64,000 nt of DNA, taken from assembly GCA_038215705.1 (NCBI GenBank), contig JBBQQQ010000003.1, forward strand, positions 69,575-133,574. Reading direction: 5' to 3'. The notes beneath the pieces are model-generated. The model did not search any database and was not told the DNA's origin. It saw only the letters and a program-made list of their open reading frames with translations. The position numbers were made by a program, and so were the translations under genes. This DNA comes from Bacteroidia bacterium. Lineage in GTDB: Bacteria > Bacteroidota > Bacteroidia > AKYH767-A > OLB10. This document shows positions 28,601 to 38,598 of the stretch, in pieces (positions within the stretch are counted from its first letter, which is position 1; each line of letters starts with the position of its first letter).

Positions 28601-31368
28601 AGTCGATTGTTGTGAATGCTTCAGGTTCGTATAATGTAACAGTCGGTTCCGGTGCAGGTTGTGCAGCTATTGCAAATGCTGTCACAGTTTCTGTAGTTCA
28701 GGCACCCAGTGCACAAATAACAACAGGTGGATCTACAACACTTTGCCCTGGCGCTTCCGTTACCCTGACAGCTCCTTCGGGAATGTCGGGGTATCTTTGG
28801 ATGCCGGGCGGACAAACTACGCAATCGATCACCACTTCAACCGCTGGATTCTATACAGTAAGAGTTACTAATGCTGGCGGATGTTCTGCTACATCATCCC
28901 CGGTGAATGTTACAGTAGGTCAAACTCCAGTGGCAACAATCACAGCCGGAGGAACTACATCATTTTGCCAGGGTAGTAGTGTTACGCTTACCGCTTCAGC
29001 AGCCAACAGTTATTTATGGTTTCCCGGAGGACAAACAACTCAGTCGATAACGGCATCGTCTACAGGAAATTATACCGTGCGTGTAACTGGATCAGGGGGT
29101 TGTACTGCTATGTCAAATCCATCTACAGTTACAGTGTATGCGCTTCCAACAGCAACCATTTCCGCAAACGGGCCTACTTCTTTTTGCACAGGTGGCAACG
29201 TAACTCTTACTGCAGCTAATGCAACTTCCTACTTATGGTTACCGGGCGGACAAACTTCCCAGTCAATAAATGTAACATCCGCAGGATCGTATTCAGTACG
29301 TGTGACTAATAGCTCAGGATGTTCAGCAACATCAACAGCAACAAATGTAAATGTATCAGCATACCCGGTTGCAACCATCACACCCGCAGGATCTACTTCA
29401 TTGTGTGCAGGAAGTTCTGTCGGTTTATCAGCCAGCACAGGCACCGCTTATTTGTGGACTCCGGGCAACCAGACAACACAAACAATTTCAGCTACGACTG
29501 CAGGTGCATATACCGTTAGAGTAACTAATAGTGCCGGTTGTTCAACAACATCGCAGCCAACCAATATTACAGTCAATCCGGCTGTTAACGCAACTATCAG
29601 TGCCAATGGCCCTACAGCTATTTTACCCGGCGGTAGTGTAACACTTACAGGAGCGGGAGGCACTTCGTATGTATGGTCTCCGGGAGGACAAACCACTTCT
29701 TCTATAACTGTTAACACACCGGGTTTCTATAGTGTAACAGCTTATTCCGCGTCGGGATGTTCGGCAACATCCACTCCAACAGAAATTACCCTTGTAAATA
29801 TAAATACACCACCGGCAACAATTACCGCATCCAATAATTCAGGTATGTTGTGTCCTGGAAATTACATGACCTTAACAGCATCTGCAGGAAGTTCTTATTT
29901 ATGGACCCCAGGCGGACAAACCACGCAATCGATCAACATCAGTATTGCAGGATCGTACTCTGTAGATATCACCGACCTTACAGGTGTTACCATTTCATCA
30001 GCCACGTTTGATGTACTTTATAAGCCTGCACCCGACGCACCTGCAATCATGAGTGCATACATTCCTTCAGCATCCTTTCAGTTATCAGCATACGAGCCAA
30101 CAGCCCATTCGTATTTATGGTCGAACGGTGCTACAACCGATGCCATAACAGTGAACAATACCGGAACTTATACAGTGCGTGCAATAAATGGATTTGGTTG
30201 TAAGTCGGCACCGCAAACAATGACCGTGACTTCATTATCGTCACAGCATTGCGGAACACCAAACATGCTTTCTCACTATGGCATTACTAAAACAAGCGCT
30301 GTTGTTTCATGGAATCCCAGCGTAACTGCCGATTCATTTCGTGTTGAATACACACGGATATCAACTGCACAAAATTTCTCAGTGAATGTTGCGGGATCAC
30401 AAAGTAAGATAACTCTTTCCGGGCTTACGGAAGGTGAATTGTATAAATGGAATGTTGTTGCAATCTGCAGTGGCATTCAAACTGGAAGTGCCATAAAACA
30501 ATTCACCACATTAAACGGACCGTTACCTTGTGGCTCAACTCCTCAGAACTTATCGAATGATGTAGTCAACAGCACCATGGCAAAAGTTTCATGGTTTGAT
30601 ACACAGGCCGACAAATTTGTAATTCGCTACCGTGCAGTAGGAACACAAAATTATCTTTACAGGAGAGCTTTTAATTCACTAACTTCAGGGTTAATCGAAG
30701 GACTTACACCATCAACAAACTATGAGTGGAGTGTTCGCTCGGCATGTGCCGGAAATGTTAGTCTTTATTCAGCACCAAAATTCTTCACCACTCCTGCAGC
30801 ATGCCCCGCAATTGGTCCATTTGCCGTTAGTGAAATCACTTTTAACAAAGCACTTGTTTCCTGGACACCATCTACACTTGTTGACAGCGTTATGGTTAAA
30901 TGGGCAGTAAGTGGTACAACAGATTACAGGCATGTTAAAATAGCTGCTTCACCTGATCCGGGAGAATACTGGATACTGGGACTTGAACCTGAAACAACAT
31001 ATGATGTGTGGGTCGCTACAAAGTGTGATGCCGGAAGCACTTCCATGTGGGGTGCAGGTGATTCCTTCACTACCTTCACGGATCCCAATTTACGTTTTAC
31101 TCCTGAAGCAGGTGCCATTCATCTGAATGCGTATCCTAACCCAACAAAATTTGAACTTAGTTACGTGTTTGAATCAAAAGACGACAAACCGTACCTGGTA
31201 AAAGTATGTGATATGGCGGGCAGGGAATTACTTGCCGAAGAACGAATTGCAAACGAAGGAAAAACAGGAGACAAAGTTGATTTACCCGGATTCTCGGGAG
31301 GGTTGTATATGCTGATCATTCAAAAAGGAGGTCAGGTAGGACGATTCAAGTTCAATATTCATGAATAA
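25639..31368 (+). CDS. Very large T9SS-secreted paralog: LamG-like + uncharacterised module + about 10 Ig-like repeats + 3 FN3 + type-A CTD
   Basis: 1909 aa. The N-terminal 850 aa align co-linearly with the 19491 protein (for example YYVDNNWHH.VFRFDA, WHGWQW..ESR, RPAQWLG.LK...MTGAEF.YP). The C-terminal sorting domain reads LNAYPNPTKFELSY...GLYMLII. Confidence 0.85.
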   Translation: MKNNFTDQVLKSVSSLSATFQFCLMLVLLILMAIINAGAQTVNPVRYWTFNGTSASTDSMGQNNLNFTSYGSQYTVGTNGQVGKFLTLDANSNLIDGGSLSLTNAVTVEFLLKPGYKFNTTNIMQRADGAFSIRIEYATLTFSTTHKAANGATIEDNFAISLEGLGRKSYGYYVDNNWHHLVFRFDAATGSKQVWVDGQLPAGFSKTITAGSFQNSGNINFYLNHSVSYVKYFGSIDELAIYNTAIPSNLIYKHYLGVQTGQPYNFVNNYSGTIPPASSTTSPLDPTEFAPGHPTVNVSAIEQLQKYPLPRYKPGNTLMKNFNWMDPKFMGGLLQPGVTNQQAANNSAVIQTELAKNFNYYFQVGLGNGIFETAWTNAANANPDFKLSLIIFRGQLNGNNSELTNQNKTAAHYLQNSSGQFIDANGNVTTSKIWRPTAPTSSYNADGNAIYTMLTDMYSRLNRNVDVVNENGEVFPHPSETAMAMDPAVLAAKNASGLDWKSFLSRKYKENETQSYRDIIMSHPRMSSAKFTEYAIDGFPEYRMKYSEARSVNSQINGQYYPTPDFYPRWSNNWRNWVSAWHGWQWIVESRVHELAAGDRLYSPFVAAGWDADEEKNIRPAQWLGLLKCLGMTGAEFYYPGFFSLAAPWPDSKNWIWQAAMPPYAQAITSRYEDLIRNGELMLGDVGNSYVTPTAPGYAFWTGDLRKLVVVRKHNTVSKYAITGTIQPNSSMTGNAENESVATITLDGQVLSFKVKRQGSTYIYDKSNPSGAIFYQLDGWHEKSHPSHWSHDFNLEAELFDNTNTQVAIKTAVPAGTAAGDYTNFTSYLAWPDGVTNPQPVEYNFAPRGNFNSNLYVWVRARSRGGVTSSMNVQLDNNAAKTIGCISDTAWTWYRYDACTQQEIRFQNISIQNHIIKLTPGNDKLEIDKVLLTADASLLLNSAPPSCGAATATITPSGNTTFCTGGTVTLTASAGTSYQWTPGGQTTQSIVVNASGSYNVTVGSGAGCAAIANAVTVSVVQAPSAQITTGGSTTLCPGASVTLTAPSGMSGYLWMPGGQTTQSITTSTAGFYTVRVTNAGGCSATSSPVNVTVGQTPVATITAGGTTSFCQGSSVTLTASAANSYLWFPGGQTTQSITASSTGNYTVRVTGSGGCTAMSNPSTVTVYALPTATISANGPTSFCTGGNVTLTAANATSYLWLPGGQTSQSINVTSAGSYSVRVTNSSGCSATSTATNVNVSAYPVATITPAGSTSLCAGSSVGLSASTGTAYLWTPGNQTTQTISATTAGAYTVRVTNSAGCSTTSQPTNITVNPAVNATISANGPTAILPGGSVTLTGAGGTSYVWSPGGQTTSSITVNTPGFYSVTAYSASGCSATSTPTEITLVNINTPPATITASNNSGMLCPGNYMTLTASAGSSYLWTPGGQTTQSINISIAGSYSVDITDLTGVTISSATFDVLYKPAPDAPAIMSAYIPSASFQLSAYEPTAHSYLWSNGATTDAITVNNTGTYTVRAINGFGCKSAPQTMTVTSLSSQHCGTPNMLSHYGITKTSAVVSWNPSVTADSFRVEYTRISTAQNFSVNVAGSQSKITLSGLTEGELYKWNVVAICSGIQTGSAIKQFTTLNGPLPCGSTPQNLSNDVVNSTMAKVSWFDTQADKFVIRYRAVGTQNYLYRRAFNSLTSGLIEGLTPSTNYEWSVRSACAGNVSLYSAPKFFTTPAACPAIGPFAVSEITFNKALVSWTPSTLVDSVMVKWAVSGTTDYRHVKIAASPDPGEYWILGLEPETTYDVWVATKCDAGSTSMWGAGDSFTTFTDPNLRFTPEAGAIHLNAYPNPTKFELSYVFESKDDKPYLVKVCDMAGRELLAEERIANEGKTGDKVDLPGFSGGLYMLIIQKGGQVGRFKFNIHE

Positions 31369-31382
31369 AATCTGAGACTGTT

Positions 31383-31422
31383 AAAAAAAGAGGCTGCCGG
31401 AATCCGGCAGCCTCTTTTTTTT
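31383..31422. terminator. Bidirectional rho-independent terminator
   Basis: A7-GAGGCTGCCGG-AAT-CCGGCAGCCTC-T8. It serves the + strand cargo gene and the convergent minus-strand DUF1343 gene, whose stop codon lies inside the T-run. Confidence 0.8.
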
Positions 31423-32626
31423 AATCGGGATACAACATGTACCTCAAACGCATTTCGCGGTAACGCTCCAGATCGGGTTGCCAGCTTTTACGTATTTCAT
31501 CAGCGCTTTCACCTGCTATGATCTGTTGCCGGAGTTTATCAGTGCCTGCAAGTTTCTCAAAAAAATTATTAAAAAATTTATCCTTTTCAGGGAAGGCGTT
31601 ATACATATCAATCAGCCATTCAATTTTTATTTGAGGGGTTTCTAAAATCTCCGGCCAGGTTTCCGAAAGCAGGATACCTTTACATTCCTGACCTTCATAA
31701 GGCGGATCCTTGATAACTCCGGGTATTTCAACAGGGGTAAAAGCATACGCTCCTTTTTCAAATCCCGGGAAGCCCATTACCTGGAAAGGGATAGCAGTCC
31801 CCCTGCCAATTGAAACGGCGGCCCCTTCAAAAAAACAGAGTGACGGATAGAGGTAAACAGAGGCCATATTCGGTAAATTTGGAGAAGGTCTCACGGGTAA
31901 TTCGTACTTAAGGTTGTGGGAATAATTTTCCATTTTTATTACCTGCAGATTGCATTTCACCGTATTCTTCAACCAGCCTTCACCATTTGCCATCATCGCA
32001 TACTCGCCAACCGTTAGTCCGTGCACCACAGGTAAAGGCGCAATGCCTACAAACGAACGGTATGCAGTATCAAGAACGGGACCATCAATATAAAATCCAT
32101 TTGGATTCGGCCGGTCGAATACCATAACAGGAATATTATTTTCTGCGCAGGCTTCCATCAGGTAATGCAAGGTTGAAATATACGTGTAGAAACGAACTCC
32201 TACATCCTGCATATCAAAAATCACATACTCCAAACTGTTAAGATCCGATTGCTCAGGCTTCCTCCTTTTTCCGTAAAGGGAAATTATCGGCAACCCGGTT
32301 TTATCGTCTTTACCGGAAGCAACTTTATCGCCGGGGCCTGCTTCCCCACGGAACCCATGCTCAGGTGCAAAAACGGTTTTGACCAGGATGCCCTTTGAAA
32401 TTAAAAAATCTACCAGGTGCATCTCATTCACAAGAGAAGTCTGGTTTGAAACAACACCAACTTTCTTACCCTTTAACTCAGGCAGGTAACGTTCCCATTG
32501 TGACGCCCCTGTTTTTATCTGGCTGACTTTTTCAGGCTCGCTGGCAATCTTTGCCTGTTGTGCTCCACAGCGGCCAAAAACAAGCAGAGGGAACAGCAAA
32601 AGCAGAAAATGTTTATATTTCGCCAT
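31421..32626 (-). CDS. DUF1343 family protein (NamZ-like exo-beta-N-acetylmuramidase)
   Basis: 401 aa with a signal peptide. KVGVVSNQTS..FAPEHGFRGE..DMQDVG.RFYTY..FDRPNP motifs characteristic of DUF1343/YzbB. Confidence 0.6.
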   Translation of the reverse strand: MAKYKHFLLLLFPLLVFGRCGAQQAKIASEPEKVSQIKTGASQWERYLPELKGKKVGVVSNQTSLVNEMHLVDFLISKGILVKTVFAPEHGFRGEAGPGDKVASGKDDKTGLPIISLYGKRRKPEQSDLNSLEYVIFDMQDVGVRFYTYISTLHYLMEACAENNIPVMVFDRPNPNGFYIDGPVLDTAYRSFVGIAPLPVVHGLTVGEYAMMANGEGWLKNTVKCNLQVIKMENYSHNLKYELPVRPSPNLPNMASVYLYPSLCFFEGAAVSIGRGTAIPFQVMGFPGFEKGAYAFTPVEIPGVIKDPPYEGQECKGILLSETWPEILETPQIKIEWLIDMYNAFPEKDKFFNNFFEKLAGTDKLRQQIIAGESADEIRKSWQPDLERYREMRLRYMLYPD

Positions 32627-32695
32627 AGTTTATTTAATTACCTGTACATGGTGCGAATGTGGTAATTTTACCTTGAAAAATCAAATAGCGTTAAA

Positions 32696-33919
32696 GTGAG
32701 TTACGAGCGTTACATTGCGTCAAAAATTCTAAGAGGGAAATCCGGCAAATCGCGATTTTCTAATCCCGTAATCCGTGTTTCAACAGCAGGTATAACCCTT
32801 GGTGTGGCCGTAATGATTGTTGCAGTTATGGTGGTTACCGGGTTCCGGAATGAGATTACCCAAAAAGTAATTGGTTTTGGCGCACACATCCGGATAAATA
32901 ATTTCGACAGTAACAATTCGTATGAAGAAAGTCCACTTTCCTTAAATGCTCCTTTTATTGCTCAGCTAAAATCAAACCCCGATGTTTTTCACGTTCAGGA
33001 ATACGCCACAAAAGCAGGCATCATCAAAACCGATGAGGAAATTGAAGGCATCGTCTTAAAAGGCATTTCCAATAGTTATAATTGGGATTTTTTCAAGAAT
33101 AAAATTATTGAAGGCTCTATCATTCGATCAGGAGATTCATTACATGTAAATGAAGTTCTTATTTCAAAAAAGACATCACTTAAATTGTCGCTCAAGCCCG
33201 GTGATGATATGGTGATTTATTTTATTGAACAACCTCCGCGAATCCGGAAGCTGAAGGTTGCAGGTGTGTATGAAACAGGGCTTGATGAATTTGATAACAT
33301 TTATGTTTTTTGTGACATAACATTAATCAGGCGACTCAATAACTGGCAACCCGACCAGGCAGGTGGAATTGAATTATTATTAAATGATTTCTCCCGACTT
33401 GAAACAGTAAATGAACAGGTTTACAAAACTGCAGGTTACCAGTTTTATACTCAAAGTATACGGGAACAGTATCCGCAGATTTTTCACTGGCTCGATTTGC
33501 AAAATATTAATGTTATTATCATAATCACCCTTATTCTTTTAATTGCAGGAATAAGTATGATTTCAACATTGCTGATTATAATTCTTGAAAATGCTGGACT
33601 TATTGGTGTATTAAAAACAATGGGTTCAACCGATCGCAGCATTCGTAAAATTTTTATCTATATCGCAATGCCTGTAATCGGAGGTGGTATTCTTGCAGGC
33701 AATCTGCTCGGAGTTACATTATGTTTTCTTCAATTAAAATTCGGTCTCGTTTCTCTTCCTCAGGAGTCCTATTATGTTTCAACTGTACCTGTTAATTTTT
33801 CATGGCTTCACCTGGTTTTAATTAACGCAGGAACTATAATTGCCTGCCTGCTCATGCTTATTGGCCCTTCAATGGTAGTGGCACGCATCTCACCTTCCAA
33901 AGTAATTCGATACGATTAA
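32696..33919 (+). CDS. FtsX-like ABC transporter permease (LolC/LolE family)
   Basis: 407 aa. N-terminal TM, large periplasmic loop and three C-terminal TM helices. LolE-type start MSYERYIASKILRG. Confidence 0.8.
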   Translation: MSYERYIASKILRGKSGKSRFSNPVIRVSTAGITLGVAVMIVAVMVVTGFRNEITQKVIGFGAHIRINNFDSNNSYEESPLSLNAPFIAQLKSNPDVFHVQEYATKAGIIKTDEEIEGIVLKGISNSYNWDFFKNKIIEGSIIRSGDSLHVNEVLISKKTSLKLSLKPGDDMVIYFIEQPPRIRKLKVAGVYETGLDEFDNIYVFCDITLIRRLNNWQPDQAGGIELLLNDFSRLETVNEQVYKTAGYQFYTQSIREQYPQIFHWLDLQNINVIIIITLILLIAGISMISTLLIIILENAGLIGVLKTMGSTDRSIRKIFIYIAMPVIGGGILAGNLLGVTLCFLQLKFGLVSLPQESYYVSTVPVNFSWLHLVLINAGTIIACLLMLIGPSMVVARISPSKVIRYD

Positions 33920-34125
33920 TTTTAATTACATCATCCCTTGCGTTCTTTGCGCGACTGCGTGAAACACCAGTATCACCCAACGGAGGCATGCATGAAAATT
34001 ACAATCAATCACTCTTTGCGATCAGCTAAATAAAAATCATCATATTACCCAATTAAACGCCCAAGTTAACCGTTAACTTTTTTTCCGGTTTAACCTCCTT
34101 TTCGTACCTTTGCACCTTAAATTTA

Positions 34126-35499
34126 ATGAGCATTATGTATTGTAAAAATATATTGGAAACCATTGGTAATACGCCACTTGTAAGGTTGAACAAGGTAACG
34201 GAAGAATGTAAGGCGACAGTACTTGCAAAAGTCGAAACCTTTAACCCAGGCAATTCCATAAAAGACCGGATGGCTGTGAAAATGATCGAAGATGCTGAAA
34301 AGGCAGGTCTTTTGAAGCCGGGTGGGACTATTATTGAGGGAACTTCAGGAAATACCGGAATGGGACTGGCCATAGCAGCTATTGTTAAAGGGTACAAGTG
34401 CATTTTCGCCACTACCGATAAACAGAGTAAGGAAAAAGTTGATGCCCTCAGAGCCTTTGGTGCTGAAGTAGTTGTTTGCCCAACCAATGTTGAACCGGAA
34501 GACCCGCGTTCCTACTATTCCGTTTCAGCACGCCTGAGCAAGGAAACTCCCAATTCATATTATCCCAATCAGTATGATAATCCTTCCAATGCTCAGGCAC
34601 ATTATGAATCTACGGGGCCTGAGATTTGGGAACAGACTGAAGGAAAAATTGATCACCTGGTAGTTGGTGTCGGAACAGGGGGAACAATTTGCGGAACTGC
34701 AAAATATCTGAAAGAAAGAAATCCGGCATTGAAAGTATGGGGCATTGATACGTATGGTTCGGTGTTCAAAAAATATAAGGAAACAGGCATTTTCGATAAG
34801 AATGAAATTTATCCGTATGTGACCGAGGGTATTGGAGAAGATTTTCTGCCAAAGAATGTTGATTTCAACCTGATTGATCATTTTGAAAAAGTTACTGATA
34901 AAGATGCTGCATTAATGACGCGACAAATCGTGCAGAAAGAGGGTATTTGGGTGGGGAATTCTGCAGGTTCCGCTATTGCGGGATTACTTCAGTTGAAAGA
35001 AAATTTTAAGGAAGGTGAAATAGTTGTCGTTATTTTTCATGATCATGGCACACGTTATCTTGGTAAAATTTTTAATGATGACTGGATGCGTGAAAAAGGC
35101 TATACCGATAAAAAAGGCATGACTGCAAAGGATATAGTTGCCACCAGCAAAAATGGTGAACTGATAACCATCCATGCAACTGATACAATTGCTGAAGCTT
35201 TAAAACTCATCACATCACACGGAATTTCTCAATTGCCGGTGACGCAGGATAACAGGATCATTGGCTCAATAAATGAAAACCTGGTGTTCAACAAAATCAT
35301 TGAAAACCCTGAAATTTCATCACAGCAGGTTAAAACAATTATGCAGGAAGCACTGCCATTTGTGGATGCTTCCACCCCGCTGGAAGTTTTATCAGGGATG
35401 ATAAAAAATGCAGACTCCGCAGTGCTTGTAAAGGATTTCAAACAGGATAAAAATTATATCATAACCCGGTTTGATATTGTAAAAGCCCTTGCCAATTAA
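34126..35499 (+). CDS. Cystathionine beta-synthase (PLP-dependent cysteine synthase fold + tandem CBS domains)
   Basis: 457 aa. PLP lysine motif NPGNSIKDR, glycine loop GTSGNTGMGLA and a C-terminal CBS pair. Confidence 0.85.
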   Translation: MSIMYCKNILETIGNTPLVRLNKVTEECKATVLAKVETFNPGNSIKDRMAVKMIEDAEKAGLLKPGGTIIEGTSGNTGMGLAIAAIVKGYKCIFATTDKQSKEKVDALRAFGAEVVVCPTNVEPEDPRSYYSVSARLSKETPNSYYPNQYDNPSNAQAHYESTGPEIWEQTEGKIDHLVVGVGTGGTICGTAKYLKERNPALKVWGIDTYGSVFKKYKETGIFDKNEIYPYVTEGIGEDFLPKNVDFNLIDHFEKVTDKDAALMTRQIVQKEGIWVGNSAGSAIAGLLQLKENFKEGEIVVVIFHDHGTRYLGKIFNDDWMREKGYTDKKGMTAKDIVATSKNGELITIHATDTIAEALKLITSHGISQLPVTQDNRIIGSINENLVFNKIIENPEISSQQVKTIMQEALPFVDASTPLEVLSGMIKNADSAVLVKDFKQDKNYIITRFDIVKALAN

Positions 35500-35510
35500 A
35501 GATTACAAAT

Positions 35511-36323
35511 ATGGTTTATACTGATCAAATGATGCGTGAAGTCAGGTTGCAAAAACCTCCTTCACGCATTGTTTCTTTAGTTCCTTCAATTACTGAATTA
35601 TTATATGACCTGGGCCTTGAAAAAGAGATCGCAGGTATTACCAAATTTTGCATCCACCCCGATGCACTTTTCAGAAATAAAAAACGTATAGGCGGTACCA
35701 AAACAATTGATTTTTTAAAAATCGATGCACTCAATCCCGACCTGATTATTGCCAATAAGGAAGAAAACTTAAAAGAAGATATTCTTGCGCTGGAGAAAAA
35801 TTATCCGGTCTGGATCAGTGATATAAAATCATTGGCTGATGCGGTCAGTATGATTGAAATGCTTGGAGAAGTTACCGGGAAAATTTTTGAAGCCCGGGAA
35901 ATAAACAATAACATTATTCGGCAATTCAGCCTTATCAACCCGTTACCCGGTATCCCTGCGTTATACCTGATCTGGAGAGATCCATTCATGGCAGCTGCTC
36001 CCGGTACTTTTATTAATGATATGATGCAGCGTTGTGGTTTTATCAATGTGCTAACTGATGAATCGCGTTATCCGTCACTCAATGCTGCTGCGATTAAAGA
36101 ATTAAATCCATCCTTGATTATGCTTTCTTCCGAACCCTATCCGTTCAGCGAAAAACATATCAATGAACTTCTGGAAATTTTACCGGGCAGCCGGGTTGAG
36201 TTGGTTGATGGGGAATATTTCAGCTGGTATGGTTCCAGGCTGAAAGGTTCGCCGGAGTATTTTAATTCAATTATTTCCAAAGTAAAAAGCATTAATCCGG
36301 AAGCTACCTCAGATGAAACTTAA
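35511..36323 (+). CDS. Periplasmic binding protein, BtuF/TroA-like (cobalamin or metal-chelate binding)
   Basis: 270 aa. [18 protein letters not shown]-terminal motif of class III substrate-binding proteins. Confidence 0.65.
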   Translation: MVYTDQMMREVRLQKPPSRIVSLVPSITELLYDLGLEKEIAGITKFCIHPDALFRNKKRIGGTKTIDFLKIDALNPDLIIANKEENLKEDILALEKNYPVWISDIKSLADAVSMIEMLGEVTGKIFEAREINNNIIRQFSLINPLPGIPALYLIWRDPFMAAAPGTFINDMMQRCGFINVLTDESRYPSLNAAAIKELNPSLIMLSSEPYPFSEKHINELLEILPGSRVELVDGEYFSWYGSRLKGSPEYFNSIISKVKSINPEATSDET

Positions 36324-38598
36324 ACTTTTCCTGACAATTTTACTGTTGCTGGTTTTACCTACTGTTATGCTTGCGCAGAAGACAGGGCTGGTATTAAGCG
36401 GAGGAGGTATTCGCGGAATGGCTCACATTGGCGTTTTGAAAGCCCTGGAAGAAAATGGAATACCCATTGATTATGTCACCGGAACTTCTGCCGGCGCTGT
36501 TGTAGGATCACTCTATTCAATAGGTTTATCTCCGGCAGAGATCGAATCGCTGGTAATGTCGAATGAATTCCGTGAATGGGCTACGGGGCAGATAAATGAA
36601 AACCTTGCCTATTACTACAACCAGGAAGAAGTCAACGCATCGTGGGTATCACTAAAATTCTCAATCGACTCAACGCTAAAAACGCATTTACCCAGCAGCG
36701 TGGTAAGTTCTGCACGATCCGATTTTGCGTTGATGCAGGATATGTCGGCAGCAATAGCAGCTGCAAAATATAATTTCGACAGTCTCTTTGTACCTTTTCG
36801 TTGTGTTGCTTCGGATATTAAATCCAAACGTCCCGTAATTTTCAAATCGGGTGATTTACCAATGGCAGTCAGGGCTTCTATGGCCTACCCGCTTTACTTC
36901 ACACCGGTTTCTTTTGATAATATGATACTTTTCGATGGAGGAATTTATAACAACTTCCCTGTTGATGTGATGTTAAACGACTTTAATCCGGATGTGATCA
37001 TAGGTGTGAATGCCGGGTCGTATGCTGATATTCCCTATGAGGAAAATCTCTTTTCGATGTTTAAAACCATGCTGGTTCAAACAACTACGTATTCGGTTCC
37101 GAGGGAAAATGACATTATGATAAATCCGGTTGTTACCAATATTGGCATTTTTGAATTTGATGATATGCGAGCTGCCATTGATTCAGGTTACCAGGCTACT
37201 ATGAGAAACATCGAAGATATCCGTAATAAAATCGGAACTCGTGTTTCACCTGCCTCCGTAAAAATCAAACGTGAAATCTTCCGTTCGCAGTTTCAGGATA
37301 TCATGATAGATAAAATTACTGCAACAGGAATTACTCACAACCAGGAACATTATGTTCGTAATATTCTCAATCGCGAAAATGAATGCCTTTCCATTGAACA
37401 AATAAAACCTGCATATTTCAAATTGCTGAGTGATAATAATATTAAATCCATATTTCCACGTCTAAAATACAACGATTCTACCGGCTATTACGATATGGAT
37501 CTGCTCATCAAGAAAGAAAAAGACCTGCGCGTTGACTTCGGAGGAAACATTTCATCTAACCCGATTAATGAAGCCTTTGTCGGATTGGATTATAATATCT
37601 GGGGAAAACATGCACTAAACTTAAACGGAAATATTTATTTTGGAAAACTATATAATTCGGTATCCATTAAATTACGCTATGATATTCCGGGAAAATTCAA
37701 GTACTATATTGAACCTGTTGCCATCATTAACCGTTTTGATTATTTTAAAAGCAGTTCCGCTTTCCTTGAGGATGTGAAGCCCGCTTACCTGATACAAACC
37801 GACCGGTTCTACGGTCTTAACCTGGGTATTCCTGCCGGAAACAAAGGAAAAGCATTTATTTCAGGAGGTTCCATTAACCTGATTAACCGGTATTATCAGA
37901 CACGGGATTTTTCAAGTGAAGATATTGCCGATGAAACTCAATTTTCGGGTTGGACCGGATCAATAAACTTTGAACGGAATACACTCAACCGGAAGATGTA
38001 TGCCACGAAAGGAACTTTCTTCAAAATAACAGGCAAAATTGTTTCCGGTGAAGAAAAAACCTCTCCCGGAACATCCGGAATATCTACAGATACCATAAAC
38101 AGTCTGCACGATTGGTTTCAACTCCGGATGATCTATCATAACAATTTTAAACGCGTAGGACCATTTACCTTTGGTTTGTATACCGACATGTTTCTTTCTT
38201 CGCAACCATTCTTCGCGAATTATACCGCCACAATTTTATCGGCACAGGCCTTTCAGCCCATTGCACACAGCAAAACCATATTCCTTGATAAATATAAAGC
38301 CAATAATTATATCGGAATGGGGTTGAACACAATCGTGACATTGGTAACTAATGTTGAACTTCGGGTAGAAGGCTATATTTTTCAGCCGTTCCAGGAAATC
38401 CTTCAGACTCCTGATCTAAAGCCAAAATATAAAAATGCTTTCGACTCACGTTCCGCAATAGCGTCCTTTGCGGGCATCTATCACAGCCCGGTTGGACCGG
38501 TTAGCCTTAGTTTAAACTATTATGAAAAACGCGACAACCAATTTTCGGTATTGTTTCATTTTGGTTATATCATTTTTAACAGGCGGGCGCTCGATTAA
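36313..38598 (+). CDS. Patatin-like phospholipase fused to C-terminal outer-membrane beta-barrel (Omp85-like)
   Basis: 761 aa. Signal peptide, patatin motifs GGGIRG, GTSAG and DGG, and a long beta-rich C-terminus ending in aromatic residues. Confidence 0.8.
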   Translation: MKLKLFLTILLLLVLPTVMLAQKTGLVLSGGGIRGMAHIGVLKALEENGIPIDYVTGTSAGAVVGSLYSIGLSPAEIESLVMSNEFREWATGQINENLAYYYNQEEVNASWVSLKFSIDSTLKTHLPSSVVSSARSDFALMQDMSAAIAAAKYNFDSLFVPFRCVASDIKSKRPVIFKSGDLPMAVRASMAYPLYFTPVSFDNMILFDGGIYNNFPVDVMLNDFNPDVIIGVNAGSYADIPYEENLFSMFKTMLVQTTTYSVPRENDIMINPVVTNIGIFEFDDMRAAIDSGYQATMRNIEDIRNKIGTRVSPASVKIKREIFRSQFQDIMIDKITATGITHNQEHYVRNILNRENECLSIEQIKPAYFKLLSDNNIKSIFPRLKYNDSTGYYDMDLLIKKEKDLRVDFGGNISSNPINEAFVGLDYNIWGKHALNLNGNIYFGKLYNSVSIKLRYDIPGKFKYYIEPVAIINRFDYFKSSSAFLEDVKPAYLIQTDRFYGLNLGIPAGNKGKAFISGGSINLINRYYQTRDFSSEDIADETQFSGWTGSINFERNTLNRKMYATKGTFFKITGKIVSGEEKTSPGTSGISTDTINSLHDWFQLRMIYHNNFKRVGPFTFGLYTDMFLSSQPFFANYTATILSAQAFQPIAHSKTIFLDKYKANNYIGMGLNTIVTLVTNVELRVEGYIFQPFQEILQTPDLKPKYKNAFDSRSAIASFAGIYHSPVGPVSLSLNYYEKRDNQFSVLFHFGYIIFNRRALD

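Noticed and set aside
33920-34125. SAM or other riboswitch upstream of cystathionine beta-synthase
   Set aside because: No SAM-I/II consensus elements. Only a tandem GTTAAC-C-GTTAAC and a TACCTTTG -7-like box 14 nt before the ATG.
34053-34487. 144-aa minus-strand ORF overlapping the cystathionine beta-synthase start
   Set aside because: Antisense shadow ORF of a well-supported gene, with no recognisable domain.
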